Shown: positions 27,420-38,980 of the stretch, piece by piece
How the letters are laid out: every line of letters starts with the position of its first letter
Position numbering within the stretch: the stretch's first letter is position 1
Assembly: GCA_029861595.1 (NCBI GenBank)
Contig: JAOTYY010000002.1
Coordinates: 1-46,302 of the forward strand
Direction of reading: 5' to 3'
DNA from: Gammaproteobacteria bacterium
Lineage (GTDB): Bacteria; Pseudomonadota; Gammaproteobacteria; JAHELT01
DNA length: 46,302 bases
Program-made: the position numbers and the translations under genes
The notes under the pieces: generated by a model
The model's input: only the letters and a program-made list of their open reading frames with translations
Databases searched by the model: none
What the model was told of the DNA's origin: nothing

Positions 27420-29327
27420 CTAGCTGGAGGCCGACAAGGCGCTCAACGGCGTGGCGCTCTCGAGATCGTGCAGCAGCTGCTGTACGCTGGCGAGCAGGCC
27501 GGCGCGATCAAGGCCGCACTCTGCCAGCATTTCCTCGCGTGAGGCGTGTTCGACGAATCGGTCGGGTAGGCCGAGGTTGTGCACGGGCACGGCGATGTTG
27601 TGCCGCATCAGGCTTTCGTTGACGGCACTGCCAGCGCCACCGGCGACCGCGTTGTCTTCTATAGTCACCAGCAGTGCATGTTCGCGTGCCGCCTGCAGGA
27701 TTGCCGCTTCGTCCAGCGGTTTTATGAAGCGCATATTGATCAATGTTGCATCAAGTTGCTCAGCGACCGCGTGGGCGTCGGGAACCACTGCACCGAATCC
27801 CAGCAGCGCTACCCGGCGACCGTGTCGCCGTACCTGGGCGCGGCCAATCGGTACGCCCGTCATCGGCGCCTGCACCGTCACACCCGGGCCGCAGCCGCGC
27901 GGGTAGCGAACCGATGCCGGGCCCGGATGCTGAAACCCTGTGTAAAGCATCTGCCGGCATTCGTTCTCATCGGCCGGCGCCATGATTACGATCCCGGGTA
28001 GGCAGCGCATGAAGCTGAAATCAAAACTGCCCGCATGGGTGGGTCCATCGGGACCGACCACGCCGGCCCGGTCGATGGCGAACAGGACGTCCAGGTCCTG
28101 TAGCACGACGTCATGCACCAGTTGATCGTAAGCGCGCTGCAGGAACGTGGAATAGATTGCCACCACCGGCTTGGCGCCATCTACCGCCAGGCCAGCGGCC
28201 AGGGTAACCGCGTGCTGCTCGGCAATGCCGACGTCGAAATAACGGTCCGGGTAGGCGCCCGAGAAATCGACCAGTCCCGAACCTTCGCGCATCGCCGGTG
28301 TGATACCGATCAATCGCTCATCGCGAGCGGCCATGTCGCACAGCCATTCGCCAAATACCTGCGTGTAACTGGGGCCGGAGGGTTTGCTGGTCGCGAGAGT
28401 CTTGCCGGTTTTCGGGTCCAGCGGACTGATGGCATGCAGGCGCAACGGGTTTTCTTCTGCCAGTTTGTAGCCCTTGCCTTTCTGCGTGACCACGTGCAGC
28501 AAACGCGGCCCGCGCAACTGGCGAAGATTTTTCAACATTTTCAGCAGATTCGGCAGGTCGTGACCATCCACCGGCCCGTAGTAGTTGAAACCGAGTTCCT
28601 CGAACAGGGTGCCTGGCACTACCATGCCTTTCATGTGCTCTTCGACGCGCCGCGCCAGCTCCCACATGGGCGGCATCTTGGAGAGTACTTTTTTGCTGCC
28701 TTCACGGGCACTGGAATACAGTCGCCCGGACAGGATGCGTGCCAGGTACTTGCGCAGTGCGCCGACGTTGGGCGAAATCGACATGTCGTTGTCGTTCAGA
28801 ATCACCAGCATGTCGGCTTCCGCGTCGCCGGCGTGATTGAGTGCCTCAAAAGCAAGCCCGGCGGTCATCGCGCCATCGCCGATCACCGCCACCACCTCAC
28901 GCCGTTCGGCGGTTCGCTGCGCGGCTATCGCCATACCCAGCGCGGCACTGATGGACGTGCTGGAATGGCCCACGCCGAAGGTGTCGTACTCGCTTTCCGA
29001 GCGTTTGGGGAACGGTGCCAACCCGCCCTTGCGACGTATCGTCGCCAGTCGATCGCGGCGCCCGGTGAGTACCTTGTGGGGGTAGGTCTGATGGCCGACA
29101 TCCCAGACCAGGCGGTCATGGGGCGTGTCGAACACTGCGTGCAGCGCCACTGTCAATTCCACCGCGCCCAATCCCGCGCCGAGATGGCCGCCGCTGCGGG
29201 CCACCGATTCGATCACGTACTCGCGAAGTTCATCCGCCAAGGCTACCAGCTTGGCTTCGCTGAACTCGCGCAGCTGTGCCGGCGAGTCCAGGTCGGACAG
29301 CAAGGGGAATTTGGTTTCAGTGCTCAT
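27420..29327 (-). CDS. dxs: 1-deoxy-D-xylulose-5-phosphate synthase
   Basis: [52 protein letters not shown]. Confidence 0.98.
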   Translation of the reverse strand: MSTETKFPLLSDLDSPAQLREFSEAKLVALADELREYVIESVARSGGHLGAGLGAVELTVALHAVFDTPHDRLVWDVGHQTYPHKVLTGRRDRLATIRRKGGLAPFPKRSESEYDTFGVGHSSTSISAALGMAIAAQRTAERREVVAVIGDGAMTAGLAFEALNHAGDAEADMLVILNDNDMSISPNVGALRKYLARILSGRLYSSAREGSKKVLSKMPPMWELARRVEEHMKGMVVPGTLFEELGFNYYGPVDGHDLPNLLKMLKNLRQLRGPRLLHVVTQKGKGYKLAEENPLRLHAISPLDPKTGKTLATSKPSGPSYTQVFGEWLCDMAARDERLIGITPAMREGSGLVDFSGAYPDRYFDVGIAEQHAVTLAAGLAVDGAKPVVAIYSTFLQRAYDQLVHDVVLQDLDVLFAIDRAGVVGPDGPTHAGSFDFSFMRCLPGIVIMAPADENECRQMLYTGFQHPGPASVRYPRGCGPGVTVQAPMTGVPIGRAQVRRHGRRVALLGFGAVVPDAHAVAEQLDATLINMRFIKPLDEAAILQAAREHALLVTIEDNAVAGGAGSAVNESLMRHNIAVPVHNLGLPDRFVEHASREEMLAECGLDRAGLLASVQQLLHDLESATPLSALSASS

Positions 29328-29491
29328 GGTTGTTGTGTCGACTGCGCTCCGTCATCCACCATTCGCCGCGGTGTGTCCGCAGTGGCGACGGGATAACGTC
29401 CAGATTATCGGACCGGTTGCACCTGCGCAACACACGCTACACATCCAGCTCGTGTCCGTGCACTGCCAGTCTCGCGACGGGGAACAGGCAG

Positions 29492-30418
29492 CTAGTAATC
29501 CCGATGCACGATATAGGCGGATAGCTGGCGAAGTACGTCGAACTTCTCACCTAGGCCGTGCAGGGAGTCCAGTGCCTCATGGTGCATCTGCAAGGCGTGA
29601 TGCCGCGCGCCAGCCAGTGTCAGGATCGAGGGATAGGTGGGTTTGTTCAGCGTGCTGTCGGCGCCCGTCGTTTTGCCCAGGGTCTTGGTATCGCCGGTCA
29701 CGTCGAGAATGTCGTCGGCGATTTGGAAAGCCAGACCGATGGCTGCGGCATATCGGTCGAGGCGCTTCAGCAGATCGTCACTCAACTGTGGGTGGCTGTA
29801 GGCGGCAAAGGCAACGCAGGCACGAAACAGCGCGCCCGTCTTTCTGCGATGCATGTCTTCCAGTGCCTGCAGATCAAGCAGTTTGCCGACTGAATCCAGG
29901 TCGATCGCCTGACCGCCGGCCATGCCCTCGGAACCGCTGGCATGCGCCAGCGTTGCGATCATGCGCGCGCGCACCGCGTGCTCGTCCGAGATTGCCGGAT
30001 GTTGAGATAGAACCTGGTAGGCGAGGGCCTGCAGCGCGTCCCCGGCAAGGATGGCGGTGGCCTCATCGAAGCGCTTGTGGCAGGTGGGTTGTCCGCGGCG
30101 CAGATCGTCGTCGTCCATGGCCGGCAGGTCGTCGTGCACCAGCGAATACGCGTGCATGAACTCGACCGCGACCGCCGCGGCGTCCAGCCGCTCCAGATCG
30201 ATGTCCAGGGATTCGCCGGTCGCGTAAATCAGTACCGGTCTGACTCGTTTCCCGCCACCCATAACGGCGTAACGCATAGCCCTGTGCAGGCGCGAGGGTT
30301 CCTCCTCGGCACTCGGCAGCCAACGCTCGAGCTCAGCGTCGACGCGCTCGCGATAACTGCCCACACGATCCTGCAGAGCGCGCGTTTCAGCGGTGGTCAA
30401 ACGTGCTTCTTGGTTCAA
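29492..30418 (-). CDS. ispA: Farnesyl diphosphate synthase
   Basis: GGKRVRP, SLVHDDLPAMDDDDLRRG, GQAIDL, FQIADDILD, GKTTG. Confidence 0.95.
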   Translation of the reverse strand: MNQEARLTTAETRALQDRVGSYRERVDAELERWLPSAEEEPSRLHRAMRYAVMGGGKRVRPVLIYATGESLDIDLERLDAAAVAVEFMHAYSLVHDDLPAMDDDDLRRGQPTCHKRFDEATAILAGDALQALAYQVLSQHPAISDEHAVRARMIATLAHASGSEGMAGGQAIDLDSVGKLLDLQALEDMHRRKTGALFRACVAFAAYSHPQLSDDLLKRLDRYAAAIGLAFQIADDILDVTGDTKTLGKTTGADSTLNKPTYPSILTLAGARHHALQMHHEALDSLHGLGEKFDVLRQLSAYIVHRDY

Positions 30419-30447
30419 TGCGGCTGTATGTGCAGTCTGGCGCCCTG

Positions 30448-30705
30448 CTAATCTTGTCGTTCGTCGCTGACCAGGTCATCCAGCACCTGCTGCCCGTTTT
30501 GTTCCATCAGCACCTGGATTTTGTTTTCCGCATCACGCAGCGCGGCCTGGCAGTGGCGAGCAAGCTCGACGCCGCGTTCGAACATGCGCAGCGACTCCTC
30601 GAGACTGACATCGCCGCGTTCCATGTTTTCGACCAGCTTCTCGAGTTCCCCGAGCGCGGTTTCGAACGCCGGGGGCTGGGCGGCTTCGGCGTCTTTATCT
30701 TTCAT
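30448..30705 (-). CDS. xseB: Exodeoxyribonuclease VII small subunit
   Basis: FETALGELEKLVENMERGDVSLEESLRMFERG; xseB-ispA-dxs synteny. Confidence 0.95.
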   Translation of the reverse strand: MKDKDAEAAQPPAFETALGELEKLVENMERGDVSLEESLRMFERGVELARHCQAALRDAENKIQVLMEQNGQQVLDDLVSDERQD

Positions 30706-30827
30706 TTCTCGTGCCGTTTAGTGAATTCTAAGGGGTCAGAGTACTTGAAACGGCCAATGTTTTTGCAAGTGCCCTGACACCTGAGATCTCCAAGAGTACC
30801 GACTAAGGATGCTACCGGCAATGAAGG

Positions 30828-32177
<1,350 letters not shown>

Positions 32178-32192
32178 GGTGTGCGCGGCAGC

Positions 32193-33509
32193 CTACGAAT
32201 CGCTAGGCGACGGCGATTCTTCCGCAGCTTCCGCCGTATGCCCGGCGCGTGGGCGCACTGCCGGGTGTATGCGCACCGATTTTACGGCGTTGTCCTTGGT
32301 CTGCAGGATCTCCACCGGGTGATTCTGCAGTAAGAAAGTGGTGCCGGATTCGGGGATGATCTCGAGGTGCTCCAGAATCAGCCCGTTCAGGGTGCGCGGA
32401 CCCGTGGTGGGCAGACTCCACGTGAACGCTCGATTCAGTTCACGCACCTGGGTGCCGCCGTCTACGATATAAGTACCGTCGTCCTGCGGGTGAATGTCGC
32501 GCGAGGTGGTGACCCGCACCGTGGTGAACTCGCCGACGATCTCCTCCAGGATGTCTTCCAGCGCCGCCAGTCCCTGGATGTCGCCATACTCGTCGACCAC
32601 CAGGCCGATGCGCTCCTTGTGCTGCTGGAAGTTCAGCAGCTGACGTGTCAGCGACGTGCCTTCGGGAATGAAATACGGCTCGCGGATATGCTGTTCGAGG
32701 TTTTGTGGCTGCAGTTCGTCGTGCAGGGCGGCGTCTACCAGACGGCGCAGATGCAGGATCCCGACCACGTTACCGATATCGTCGCGAAACACCGGGATGC
32801 GGCCGTGGGCACTGGTGCTGATCTGCGCGATGATCTCGTCCCAGTCGTCGTCCAGGTCGATGCCGACGATTTCGTTGCGCGGCACCATGATGTCGTTAAC
32901 GGTGATTTTTTCCAGGTCGAGAATATTGACGAGCATGCGCTGATGACCCTTGGGGATCAGCACACCGGTTTCATTGACCAGGGTACGAAACTCCTCGGCC
33001 TCGAGACTGTCGTTCGGACCACGCACACCGCCCTGGCCGAACAGGCGCAATACACCGTGTGCCAGCACGTTGGCCAGCCATACCAGCGGGTACAAGACCT
33101 GGAGCAGCGGCTCGTAGACAAATGCAGCAGGGAAAGCGATGCGCTCCGGGTGCCGTGCTGCCAACGTCTTGGGCGCGACCTCCGCGAATATCAGTATTAC
33201 CAGTGTCAACAGGCCGGTGGCAATGGCGATGCCCGCTTCGCCGTACAGCCGCAACGTCATGACTGTGGCGAGCGCCGAGGCCGAGATGTTGACGAAATTG
33301 TTCCCCAACAGGATCAATCCTATCAGTCGATCGGGCCGTTCCAGCAGGCGTGCGGAGCGTGCCGCGCCACGGTTCCCGGTTTTTACCAGGTGCCGCAGCC
33401 GATACCGGTTCAGCGACATCAACGCGGTTTCCGAGCCCGAGAAGAAGGCGGAAAGTAGGATCAACACACACAGCGCGCCGCTCAGCGCGCTTAGCGGGAT
33501 TTCGCTCAA
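32193..33509 (-). CDS. HlyC/CorC (CNNM/CorB, YfjD-like) transporter
   Basis: SAFFSGSETA, ILLGNN, FAEVAPK, CBS pair, VVDEYGD, LEDILEEIVGEF. Confidence 0.93.
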   Translation of the reverse strand: MSEIPLSALSGALCVLILLSAFFSGSETALMSLNRYRLRHLVKTGNRGAARSARLLERPDRLIGLILLGNNFVNISASALATVMTLRLYGEAGIAIATGLLTLVILIFAEVAPKTLAARHPERIAFPAAFVYEPLLQVLYPLVWLANVLAHGVLRLFGQGGVRGPNDSLEAEEFRTLVNETGVLIPKGHQRMLVNILDLEKITVNDIMVPRNEIVGIDLDDDWDEIIAQISTSAHGRIPVFRDDIGNVVGILHLRRLVDAALHDELQPQNLEQHIREPYFIPEGTSLTRQLLNFQQHKERIGLVVDEYGDIQGLAALEDILEEIVGEFTTVRVTTSRDIHPQDDGTYIVDGGTQVRELNRAFTWSLPTTGPRTLNGLILEHLEIIPESGTTFLLQNHPVEILQTKDNAVKSVRIHPAVRPRAGHTAEAAEESPSPSDS

Positions 33510-33618
33510 ATGTGGCTACCGAGTCGGCCCGATCTGGGTGCCGCACGACGCCGCGGCAGGGGTTGGATCATGAGAAGGTTTTACGATCATCAATAACTAG
33601 CCCGTGAGGTTTCCCCTG

Positions 33619-34425
33619 TCAAGTCTGCAACAGCAATTCAAGCACGAATTTGCTGCCGAAGTAAGCCAGCAACAGAAACACCAGGCCGGCGAGCGTCCAA
33701 CGTACCGCGCGCAGGCCACGCCACCCCCAGACGTAGCGGCCAAGCAGCACCACGCCGAAAACCGTCCACGCGACCAGCGACAGCACGGTTTTGTGCACCA
33801 GATGCTGGGCAAACATATCGTGCAGATACATAAACCCGCTGAGCAGGGCGATCGACAGCAGGGCGAAACCGATTGCCAGCAGTTGAAACAGCAGTTCCTC
33901 CATGCGGTTCAACGGTGGCAGGGCGCGCACAAATCCACCCGGTTGGTGGGTGCGCAGAAGGTGTGCCTGAATCCCTACCAGGATGGCCTGCATGGCACCG
34001 ACGCTGAGCACCCCGTAGGCGAGCAGCGAGCTGATCACGTGAAACTGCAGTTCGCCGCGCAACGGCATGCTGGCGAGGGAATCGCCCAGTAGCTCTCCCG
34101 CGATAACGCTGACGGCGGCGATCGGTAACAGGCCGATCCCCAGCATTTCAACCGGCTTCAGCGCCGAAAACAGCAACAGCAGCAGGACGATGGCAAAGGC
34201 AGCCAGCGACAGGGCGTTGAAGAAACTGATATCCAGGCCGCTGGATTGCGACACCAGGGCAAGCATCAACCCACCGTGCAGCACGAACCCCAGCACTGCC
34301 GGCGACAGGCGTCGCCATTTGCCGATTCGTGAATAGCTGGGGGCGCGCCACAGTTCGCCTGCCAGCAGGGCTGCGGAGACGGCGTACAACAACGTGACCG
34401 AGATATTGACGGAAGTGCCGAGCAT
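33619..34425 (-). CDS. ypjD: Cytochrome c assembly family inner membrane protein (YpjD/CcsA-like)
   Basis: LPPLNRMEELLF, HLVHKTVLS, WGWRG, LLLAYFGSKFVLE; divergent from the ffh region. Confidence 0.9.
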   Translation of the reverse strand: MLGTSVNISVTLLYAVSAALLAGELWRAPSYSRIGKWRRLSPAVLGFVLHGGLMLALVSQSSGLDISFFNALSLAAFAIVLLLLLFSALKPVEMLGIGLLPIAAVSVIAGELLGDSLASMPLRGELQFHVISSLLAYGVLSVGAMQAILVGIQAHLLRTHQPGGFVRALPPLNRMEELLFQLLAIGFALLSIALLSGFMYLHDMFAQHLVHKTVLSLVAWTVFGVVLLGRYVWGWRGLRAVRWTLAGLVFLLLAYFGSKFVLELLLQT

Positions 34426-34608
34426 CTGCGGATCATCATGACATACCCATCGGTGGGCTTGAAGTGCGTGCGTGCGAGTAGAGCCAAACAGCGGCCGCGT
34501 GGTAGCATGCGCCCACCTCGCCGACCTCCTCACCCGACTGTCTATGCGCGCAGATATACCGAGCCTTGCCACTCCAGTTGCCTACACGTCACCTGGGAGG
34601 CACTGACA

Positions 34609-35373
34609 GTGCAGGTCCGGGTGCTGGGCTGCAGTGGTGGAATTGGCGCCGATCGGCATACCACGTCATTTCTGCTCGACGACTGGCTGCTGCTGGATGC
34701 CGGCACCGGCACGGCACGCTTGACACTGCAGGAAATGCAGCCGCTGCAGCATGTGCTGCTGACCCACTCGCACATGGACCACATCGCCGCTCTGCCGCTG
34801 CTGCTGGATACGGTGTTCGGGACGCGTGAATCGCCGCTGCAGGTGCACGCCAGCGGCGCGGTATTGCAGATACTGCGTCAGCACATTTTCAACTGGCGGG
34901 TATGGCCGGATTTCTCCGAGCTGCCCGACGCTCGGCGTCCGGTGGTGCGCTTTGCCGAGCACAGTCCGCGGGCGGCCTTCGAATTGGGCGGCCATCGCAT
35001 CACCGGCGTCGAGGTCAACCACGTGGTGCCGTGCTGCGCGTACATCATCGAGACGGACGACGGCGTCTTTTGCTTCAGCGGCGACACCACGACTACCGAC
35101 GACTTGTGGGCAGCGCTGAATCGCCTGCCACGGCTCGATCTGTTGTTCGTGGAGTGTGCTTTCTCCGATCGCGAGGAGCAACTCGCTGGTGTGGCCAAGC
35201 ATTACTGCCCCAGTTCACTGGCGGACGATCTGCGCAAGCTGGAGCACGATCCGGTAATCGGCGTCTCGCACTTCAAGCCGGGCAGCGAGGAAGAAACGCT
35301 TGCGCAATTGCAGGACTTGCTGCCGCAGCGCAAACTGCACGCGCTGCAACCAGATCAGTTGTATACAGTGTAA
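34609..35373 (+). CDS. Class II 3',5'-cyclic-nucleotide phosphodiesterase-like MBL hydrolase
   Basis: VLGCSGGIG, LLDAGTG, THSHMDH, HIFNWRVWPDF, FSGDT, SHFKPG; GGAGG RBS before GTG 34609. Confidence 0.85.
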   Translation: MQVRVLGCSGGIGADRHTTSFLLDDWLLLDAGTGTARLTLQEMQPLQHVLLTHSHMDHIAALPLLLDTVFGTRESPLQVHASGAVLQILRQHIFNWRVWPDFSELPDARRPVVRFAEHSPRAAFELGGHRITGVEVNHVVPCCAYIIETDDGVFCFSGDTTTTDDLWAALNRLPRLDLLFVECAFSDREEQLAGVAKHYCPSSLADDLRKLEHDPVIGVSHFKPGSEEETLAQLQDLLPQRKLHALQPDQLYTV

Positions 35374-35416
35374 TCCGGTGCGCGCTTACACGCTGGAACA
35401 ATAGACGGGATAAAAC

Positions 35417-36769
35417 GTGTTCGAGAGTCTCACACAACGCCTGGGCGGTGCACTGTCGCGGCTGCGCGGCCAGGGGCGGTTAAGCGAAGACAATATTCGC
35501 GACGCGCTGCGCGAAGTGCGCCTGGCGCTTCTGGAGGCGGACGTTGCGCTGCCGGTTGTCAAGGAGTTTATCGATCTGGTGCGCGAGCGGGCACTCGGTC
35601 AGGAAGTGCTGAAGAGCCTTTCGCCCGGTCAGGCGCTGGTCAAGATCGTGCACGACGCGCTGGTCGAGGTGATGGGCCAGGAGAATCAACGCCTCAACCT
35701 TGCCGCGCAGCCGCCCGCCGTGGTGCTGATGGCTGGATTGCAGGGCGCCGGCAAAACCACGACCGCGGCAAAGCTCGCCCGCCTGCTGCAGGATCGCGAA
35801 AAGAAAAAAGTCATGCTGGCAAGCTGCGACGTGTATCGCCCGGCCGCCATCGAGCAGTTGCGCACGCTGGCGGGGCAGGTGGGTGCGCACTTCCACAACA
35901 GCTCCAGTGACGATCCGGTGGGCATCGCCAGCGAAGCGGTAGCGCAGGCGCGCAAACTTCACAGCGACGTCCTGATTGTGGACACAGCCGGACGTCTGCA
36001 CGTCGATGCACAGATGATGGACGAGATCGCCGCCATCGATCGGGCCGTAAATCCGGTGGAGACGTTGTTCGTAGTGGACAGCATGACCGGCCAGGATGCG
36101 GCTAATACCGCAAAAGCGTTCGGTGATGCGCTCAGCCTGAGCGGCGTGATTCTGACCAAGGCCGACGGCGACGCACGCGGCGGCGCTGCGCTGTCGGTGC
36201 GTCGGATCACCGGTAAACCGATCAAGTTCCTGGGCGTGGGCGAAAAGATCGACGCGCTGGAACCGTTTCATCCGGACCGACTGGCGTCGCGCATCCTCGG
36301 TATGGGCGATGTGCTGAGCCTGGTCGAGGAAGCCGAGCAAAAGGTCGATCAGGCGAAAGCGAAGAAGCTCGCGAAGAAACTGAAAAAAGGCAAAGGCTTC
36401 GATCTGACCGATCTACGCGATCAGTTCGAACAGATGCAGAATATGGGCGGGATGGCCAGTCTGCTGGACAAGCTGCCCGGCGGCGCGGCGTTGCCGGCGG
36501 CCGCCAAGGTGCAGCTCGATGACCGGCAAACGGCGCGCATGATCGCCATTATCAATGCCATGACCCCGCAGGAACGCCGCTATCCGGCTGTCATCAACGG
36601 CTCACGCAAGCGCCGCATCGCCGCGGGCTCCGGTGTTCAGGTGCAGGACGTCAATCGCCTGCTGAAACAACATCATCAGATGGGCAAGATGATGAAAAAG
36701 ATGTCCAAGGGGAAAATGGCCAACATGATGCGCGGTATGCGGGGCCAGATGCCGCCCGGATTCGGCTGA
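35417..36769 (+). CDS. ffh: Signal recognition particle protein Ffh
   Basis: LLEADV, GLQGAGKTT, DVYRPAA, DTAGR, DGDARGGAA, Met-rich M domain. Confidence 0.98.
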   Translation: MFESLTQRLGGALSRLRGQGRLSEDNIRDALREVRLALLEADVALPVVKEFIDLVRERALGQEVLKSLSPGQALVKIVHDALVEVMGQENQRLNLAAQPPAVVLMAGLQGAGKTTTAAKLARLLQDREKKKVMLASCDVYRPAAIEQLRTLAGQVGAHFHNSSSDDPVGIASEAVAQARKLHSDVLIVDTAGRLHVDAQMMDEIAAIDRAVNPVETLFVVDSMTGQDAANTAKAFGDALSLSGVILTKADGDARGGAALSVRRITGKPIKFLGVGEKIDALEPFHPDRLASRILGMGDVLSLVEEAEQKVDQAKAKKLAKKLKKGKGFDLTDLRDQFEQMQNMGGMASLLDKLPGGAALPAAAKVQLDDRQTARMIAIINAMTPQERRYPAVINGSRKRRIAAGSGVQVQDVNRLLKQHHQMGKMMKKMSKGKMANMMRGMRGQMPPGFG

Positions 36770-36921
36770 ACGGATCGTGGGCTGCCTCGCCCCCGGCTTA
36801 GCAACGGCCTTTTCTTTTACTCCGATTCGCGTAGAATTGCGCGGTTTATCACCGGTCACACCCGGTATGATGCCAGCGACGCAAGCCGCTCCATGGTCCC
36901 TTAATAACTGACGGAAACATA

Positions 36922-37182
36922 ATGGTTACGATTCGTTTGTCCCGCGGCGGGGCTAAAAAGCGTCCCTTTTATCAGGTGGTGGTCACCGACAGCCGCAATC
37001 GGCGGGACGGACGCTATCTGGAGAAAGTGGGTTTTTTCAACCCCGTTGCCAGTGGCGGAGAAGAACGGCTGCGGCTGGATCTGGAACGTGTGGACTACTG
37101 GGCGGGCCACGGCGCGCAGTTGAGCGAACGGGTGGCTACTCTGGTCAAGGAGTACCGCAAGGCGCAACCTGCGAGCGAGTGA
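36922..37182 (+). CDS. rpsP: 30S ribosomal protein S16
   Basis: [17 protein letters not shown]...[14 protein letters not shown]. Confidence 0.98.
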   Translation: MVTIRLSRGGAKKRPFYQVVVTDSRNRRDGRYLEKVGFFNPVASGGEERLRLDLERVDYWAGHGAQLSERVATLVKEYRKAQPASE

Positions 37183-37209
37183 CCCGATGGCCGCCGTTCG
37201 GGACGGCTG

Positions 37210-37713
37210 ATGGGCAGATTGTTAACCCTGGGCAGGGTGTCGGGCATATTCGGCGTCAAGGGCTGGGTACGAGTGCACTCCTACACCGAGCCGCGCGAGC
37301 GAATTCTCGACTACAAACCATGGATACTGCTTGCTGACGGCGAGCAGATGCCGGTCGAGTTACTTGACGGGCGCCGACACGGAAACGCGGTTGTCGCACT
37401 GCTGCCGGACAGTACGGCACCGGAGCAGGCGGCACGCTACGTCGGTGCGGAAATCGCGGTGGCACGCGAGCTTCTGCCGGCTGCCACGGACGAGTCGATC
37501 CTGTGGGCGGATCTGGAAGGCATGCAGGTGTCGACTGCCGACGGCTGTGATCTGGGAGTGGTGGATCATCTCCTGGAAACGGGCGCCAATGATGTGCTGG
37601 TGGTGAAGGGAACGGGGCGCGAGCGTTTGATTCCCTGGCTGCGGGATACGGTGATAAAGGGCATCGATCTGGCCGAGGGACGGCTGGTGGTGGACTGGGA
37701 CCCGGATTTCTAG
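37210..37713 (+). CDS. rimM: Ribosome maturation factor RimM
   Basis: FGVKGWVRVHSYT, ETGANDVLVV, ERLIP, VDWDPDF. Confidence 0.96.
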   Translation: MGRLLTLGRVSGIFGVKGWVRVHSYTEPRERILDYKPWILLADGEQMPVELLDGRRHGNAVVALLPDSTAPEQAARYVGAEIAVARELLPAATDESILWADLEGMQVSTADGCDLGVVDHLLETGANDVLVVKGTGRERLIPWLRDTVIKGIDLAEGRLVVDWDPDF

Positions 37714-37820
37714 CGTCCTGTCGCCGCTGAGCGCGCCGGTCCCGCGTGCCGACAATTTGGGGCACACGGTCTGCGCTCGGTACGAACGCGGCGGTTGGGA
37801 CGGGACACTGGGATGAAGTC

Positions 37821-38585
37821 GTGGAAATCCACGCGATCACGCTGATTCCGGAACTGGTGACGGCAGTTACTGGGTATGGGGTAACCGGGCGCGCAGTGCA
37901 GCGCGGGCTGTTGAGCGTGGTTACCTGGAATCCGCGAGACTATACGGACGACGTTCACCGGACCGTCGACGATCGTGCCTACGGCGGTGGGCCCGGCATG
38001 GTTATGAAGGCCGAGCCACTGTCCGCAGCGTTGGCTGGGGCGAGAACTGCCGCGCCGATGGACAGCACGGTCGTGTATTTGAGTCCGCAGGGGCGGCCGA
38101 TCGAGCAGCAGATGCTGGTCACGCAGGGCCGCAAGCCGGGGCTGATACTGGTGTGCGGACGTTATGAAGGCGTCGATGAGCGGTTTGTCGAGACCGATGT
38201 CGATGAGGAATGGTCGCTGGGTGACTACGTGCTCAGTGGCGGCGAGTTGGCGGCGATGGTGGTGATCGACGCACTGGCGCGCCTGCAGCCGGGCGCTTTG
38301 GGTGATGCCCAGTCCGCCGAGCAGGACTCGTTCAGCGACGCGCTGCTGGATCACCCGCACTATACGCGGCCCGAGAATTTCTGTTCGCGGTGCGTGCCGG
38401 CGGTGTTGTTGAGCGGCGATCATGCCGCCATCGCACGCTGGCGCCGTCAACAGGCACTGGGCAGGACCTGGCAGCGGCGGCCGGAATTACTGGCGCGCTT
38501 GCGCCTGAGCGGCGAAGACGAGCGATTGCTGGAAGAGTACAAACGACAACTGGGGAATCGAAATCCCGGTGCAGGAGACGACTGA
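37821..38585 (+). CDS. trmD: tRNA (guanine37-N1)-methyltransferase
   Basis: [46 protein letters not shown]; GTG start at 37821. Confidence 0.96.
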   Translation: MEIHAITLIPELVTAVTGYGVTGRAVQRGLLSVVTWNPRDYTDDVHRTVDDRAYGGGPGMVMKAEPLSAALAGARTAAPMDSTVVYLSPQGRPIEQQMLVTQGRKPGLILVCGRYEGVDERFVETDVDEEWSLGDYVLSGGELAAMVVIDALARLQPGALGDAQSAEQDSFSDALLDHPHYTRPENFCSRCVPAVLLSGDHAAIARWRRQQALGRTWQRRPELLARLRLSGEDERLLEEYKRQLGNRNPGAGDD

Positions 38586-38929
38586 TGAGTAACCTGATAA
38601 ACGAAATCGAAGCCGAACAGATGGACAAGCAGGTCCCCGAGTTTTCGCCCGGCGATACGGTTGTCGTGCAAGTGAAAGTGAAAGAAGGCAGCCGCGAACG
38701 CCTGCAGGCATTCGAGGGCGTGTGCATCGCAAAACGCAATCGCGGTCTGAACTCGTCTTTCACGGTGCGCAAGATGTCGCATGGCGAAGGTGTCGAGCGC
38801 GTGTTCCAGACATTCAGTCCCCTGCTGGCGGACATCAAGGTCAAACGCCGCGGCAAGGTGCGCCGCGCGAAACTCTACTACCTGCGGGGACGCACCGGAA
38901 AATCGGCGCGCATTCGCGAAAAATTGTAA
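38585..38929 (+). CDS. rplS: 50S ribosomal protein L19
   Basis: [39 protein letters not shown]. Confidence 0.98.
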   Translation: MSNLINEIEAEQMDKQVPEFSPGDTVVVQVKVKEGSRERLQAFEGVCIAKRNRGLNSSFTVRKMSHGEGVERVFQTFSPLLADIKVKRRGKVRRAKLYYLRGRTGKSARIREKL

Positions 38930-38980
38930 ATCCGGGTACGCCGTGCTGCGCTGGATGCCCGAGCGGATTCCAGCCCGTAA

